Shown: positions 63,939 to 64,000 of the stretch, in pieces
How the letters are laid out: each line of letters starts with the position of its first letter
Position numbering within the stretch: position 1 is the stretch's first letter
Assembly: GCA_963738985.1 (NCBI GenBank)
Contig: CAVTYP010000014.1
Location: forward strand, 20,907-84,906
Source of the DNA: Candidatus Acidiferrales bacterium
GTDB lineage: Bacteria; Acidobacteriota; Terriglobia; Acidiferrales; UBA7541
Reading direction: 5' to 3'
Length of the DNA stretch: 64,000 nt
Position numbers and translations under genes: made by a program
The notes under the pieces: model-generated
The model's database searches: none
What the model was told of the DNA's origin: nothing
The model's input: only the letters and a program-made list of their open reading frames with translations

Positions 63939-64000
63939 GGTGTAGTTCGGTGCGGCTTCAGGGTTCCCGGCAAGCGCGAATTCCCAGGCAACTGCAGCGG

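Noticed and set aside
1-64000. Search by eye for tRNA/rRNA genes, CRISPR repeats, IS elements, integrases, phage or toxin-antitoxin/defence genes
   Set aside because: All non-coding gaps are under about 360 bp, with no cloverleaf-like or regularly spaced repeats. No ORF shows transposase, integrase or recombinase motifs. The window looks like core chromosome rather than a mobile island.

Overview
Densely coding bacterial chromosomal segment of 64 kb, roughly 55-60% GC by eye. Gene content looks like Acidobacteriota, but that is unverified inference. I found no rRNA, tRNA, CRISPR array, transposase or integrase.

Gene order:
- 1-5.8 kb: 3' part of a TonB-dependent receptor, a secreted alpha/beta hydrolase, a Tat-exported flavoprotein oxidoreductase and a redoxin.
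- 5.9-9.3 kb: an orphan vWA / ChlI-like AAA+ / LON-N-domain trio.
- 9.4-13.7 kb: a frameshifted amidohydrolase, a GT39-like glycosyltransferase, a TPR protein and a thioesterase.
- 13.7-26.4 kb: a nearly complete haem biosynthesis supercluster. hemY-hemN-hemE lie on the minus strand and HemX-like-hemA-hemC-hemD-hemB-hemL on the plus strand. A divergent methyltransferase/desaturase pair separates the two arms.
- 26.4-31.5 kb: a DUF4337 protein, a hybrid PAS/GAF histidine kinase, and an amidase with a Tat-signal partner.
- 31.6-48.8 kb: a 17-kb block of signalling genes, all on the minus strand. In transcription order: GAF/PAS kinase, receiver, NtrC-like sigma-54 activator, three uncharacterised genes, then Che cluster 1 (CheY, CheW, MCP, CheR, hybrid CheA, CheB, two CheW-like proteins, REC-DUF4388, REC-coiled coil).
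- 49.1-57.2 kb: Che cluster 2 on the plus strand (TonB_C protein, MCP, CheW, CheR, CheA, CheB, CheY, CheX).
- 57.4-64 kb: a large M14 peptidase, two divergent PilZ genes, a small unknown protein, and NrfD-like plus 4Fe-4S subunits of a membrane oxidoreductase.

Most interesting:
- The uncharacterised three-gene module at 41.8-44.3 kb, embedded in the sigma-54/Che array.
- A recurring GTCTCAG/TGAGAC motif cluster found three times, each upstream of a sigma-54-like -24/-12 element. This suggests one regulon linking the NtrC-like activator to both Che clusters.

All functional calls rest on motifs read from the translations. No database search was run.
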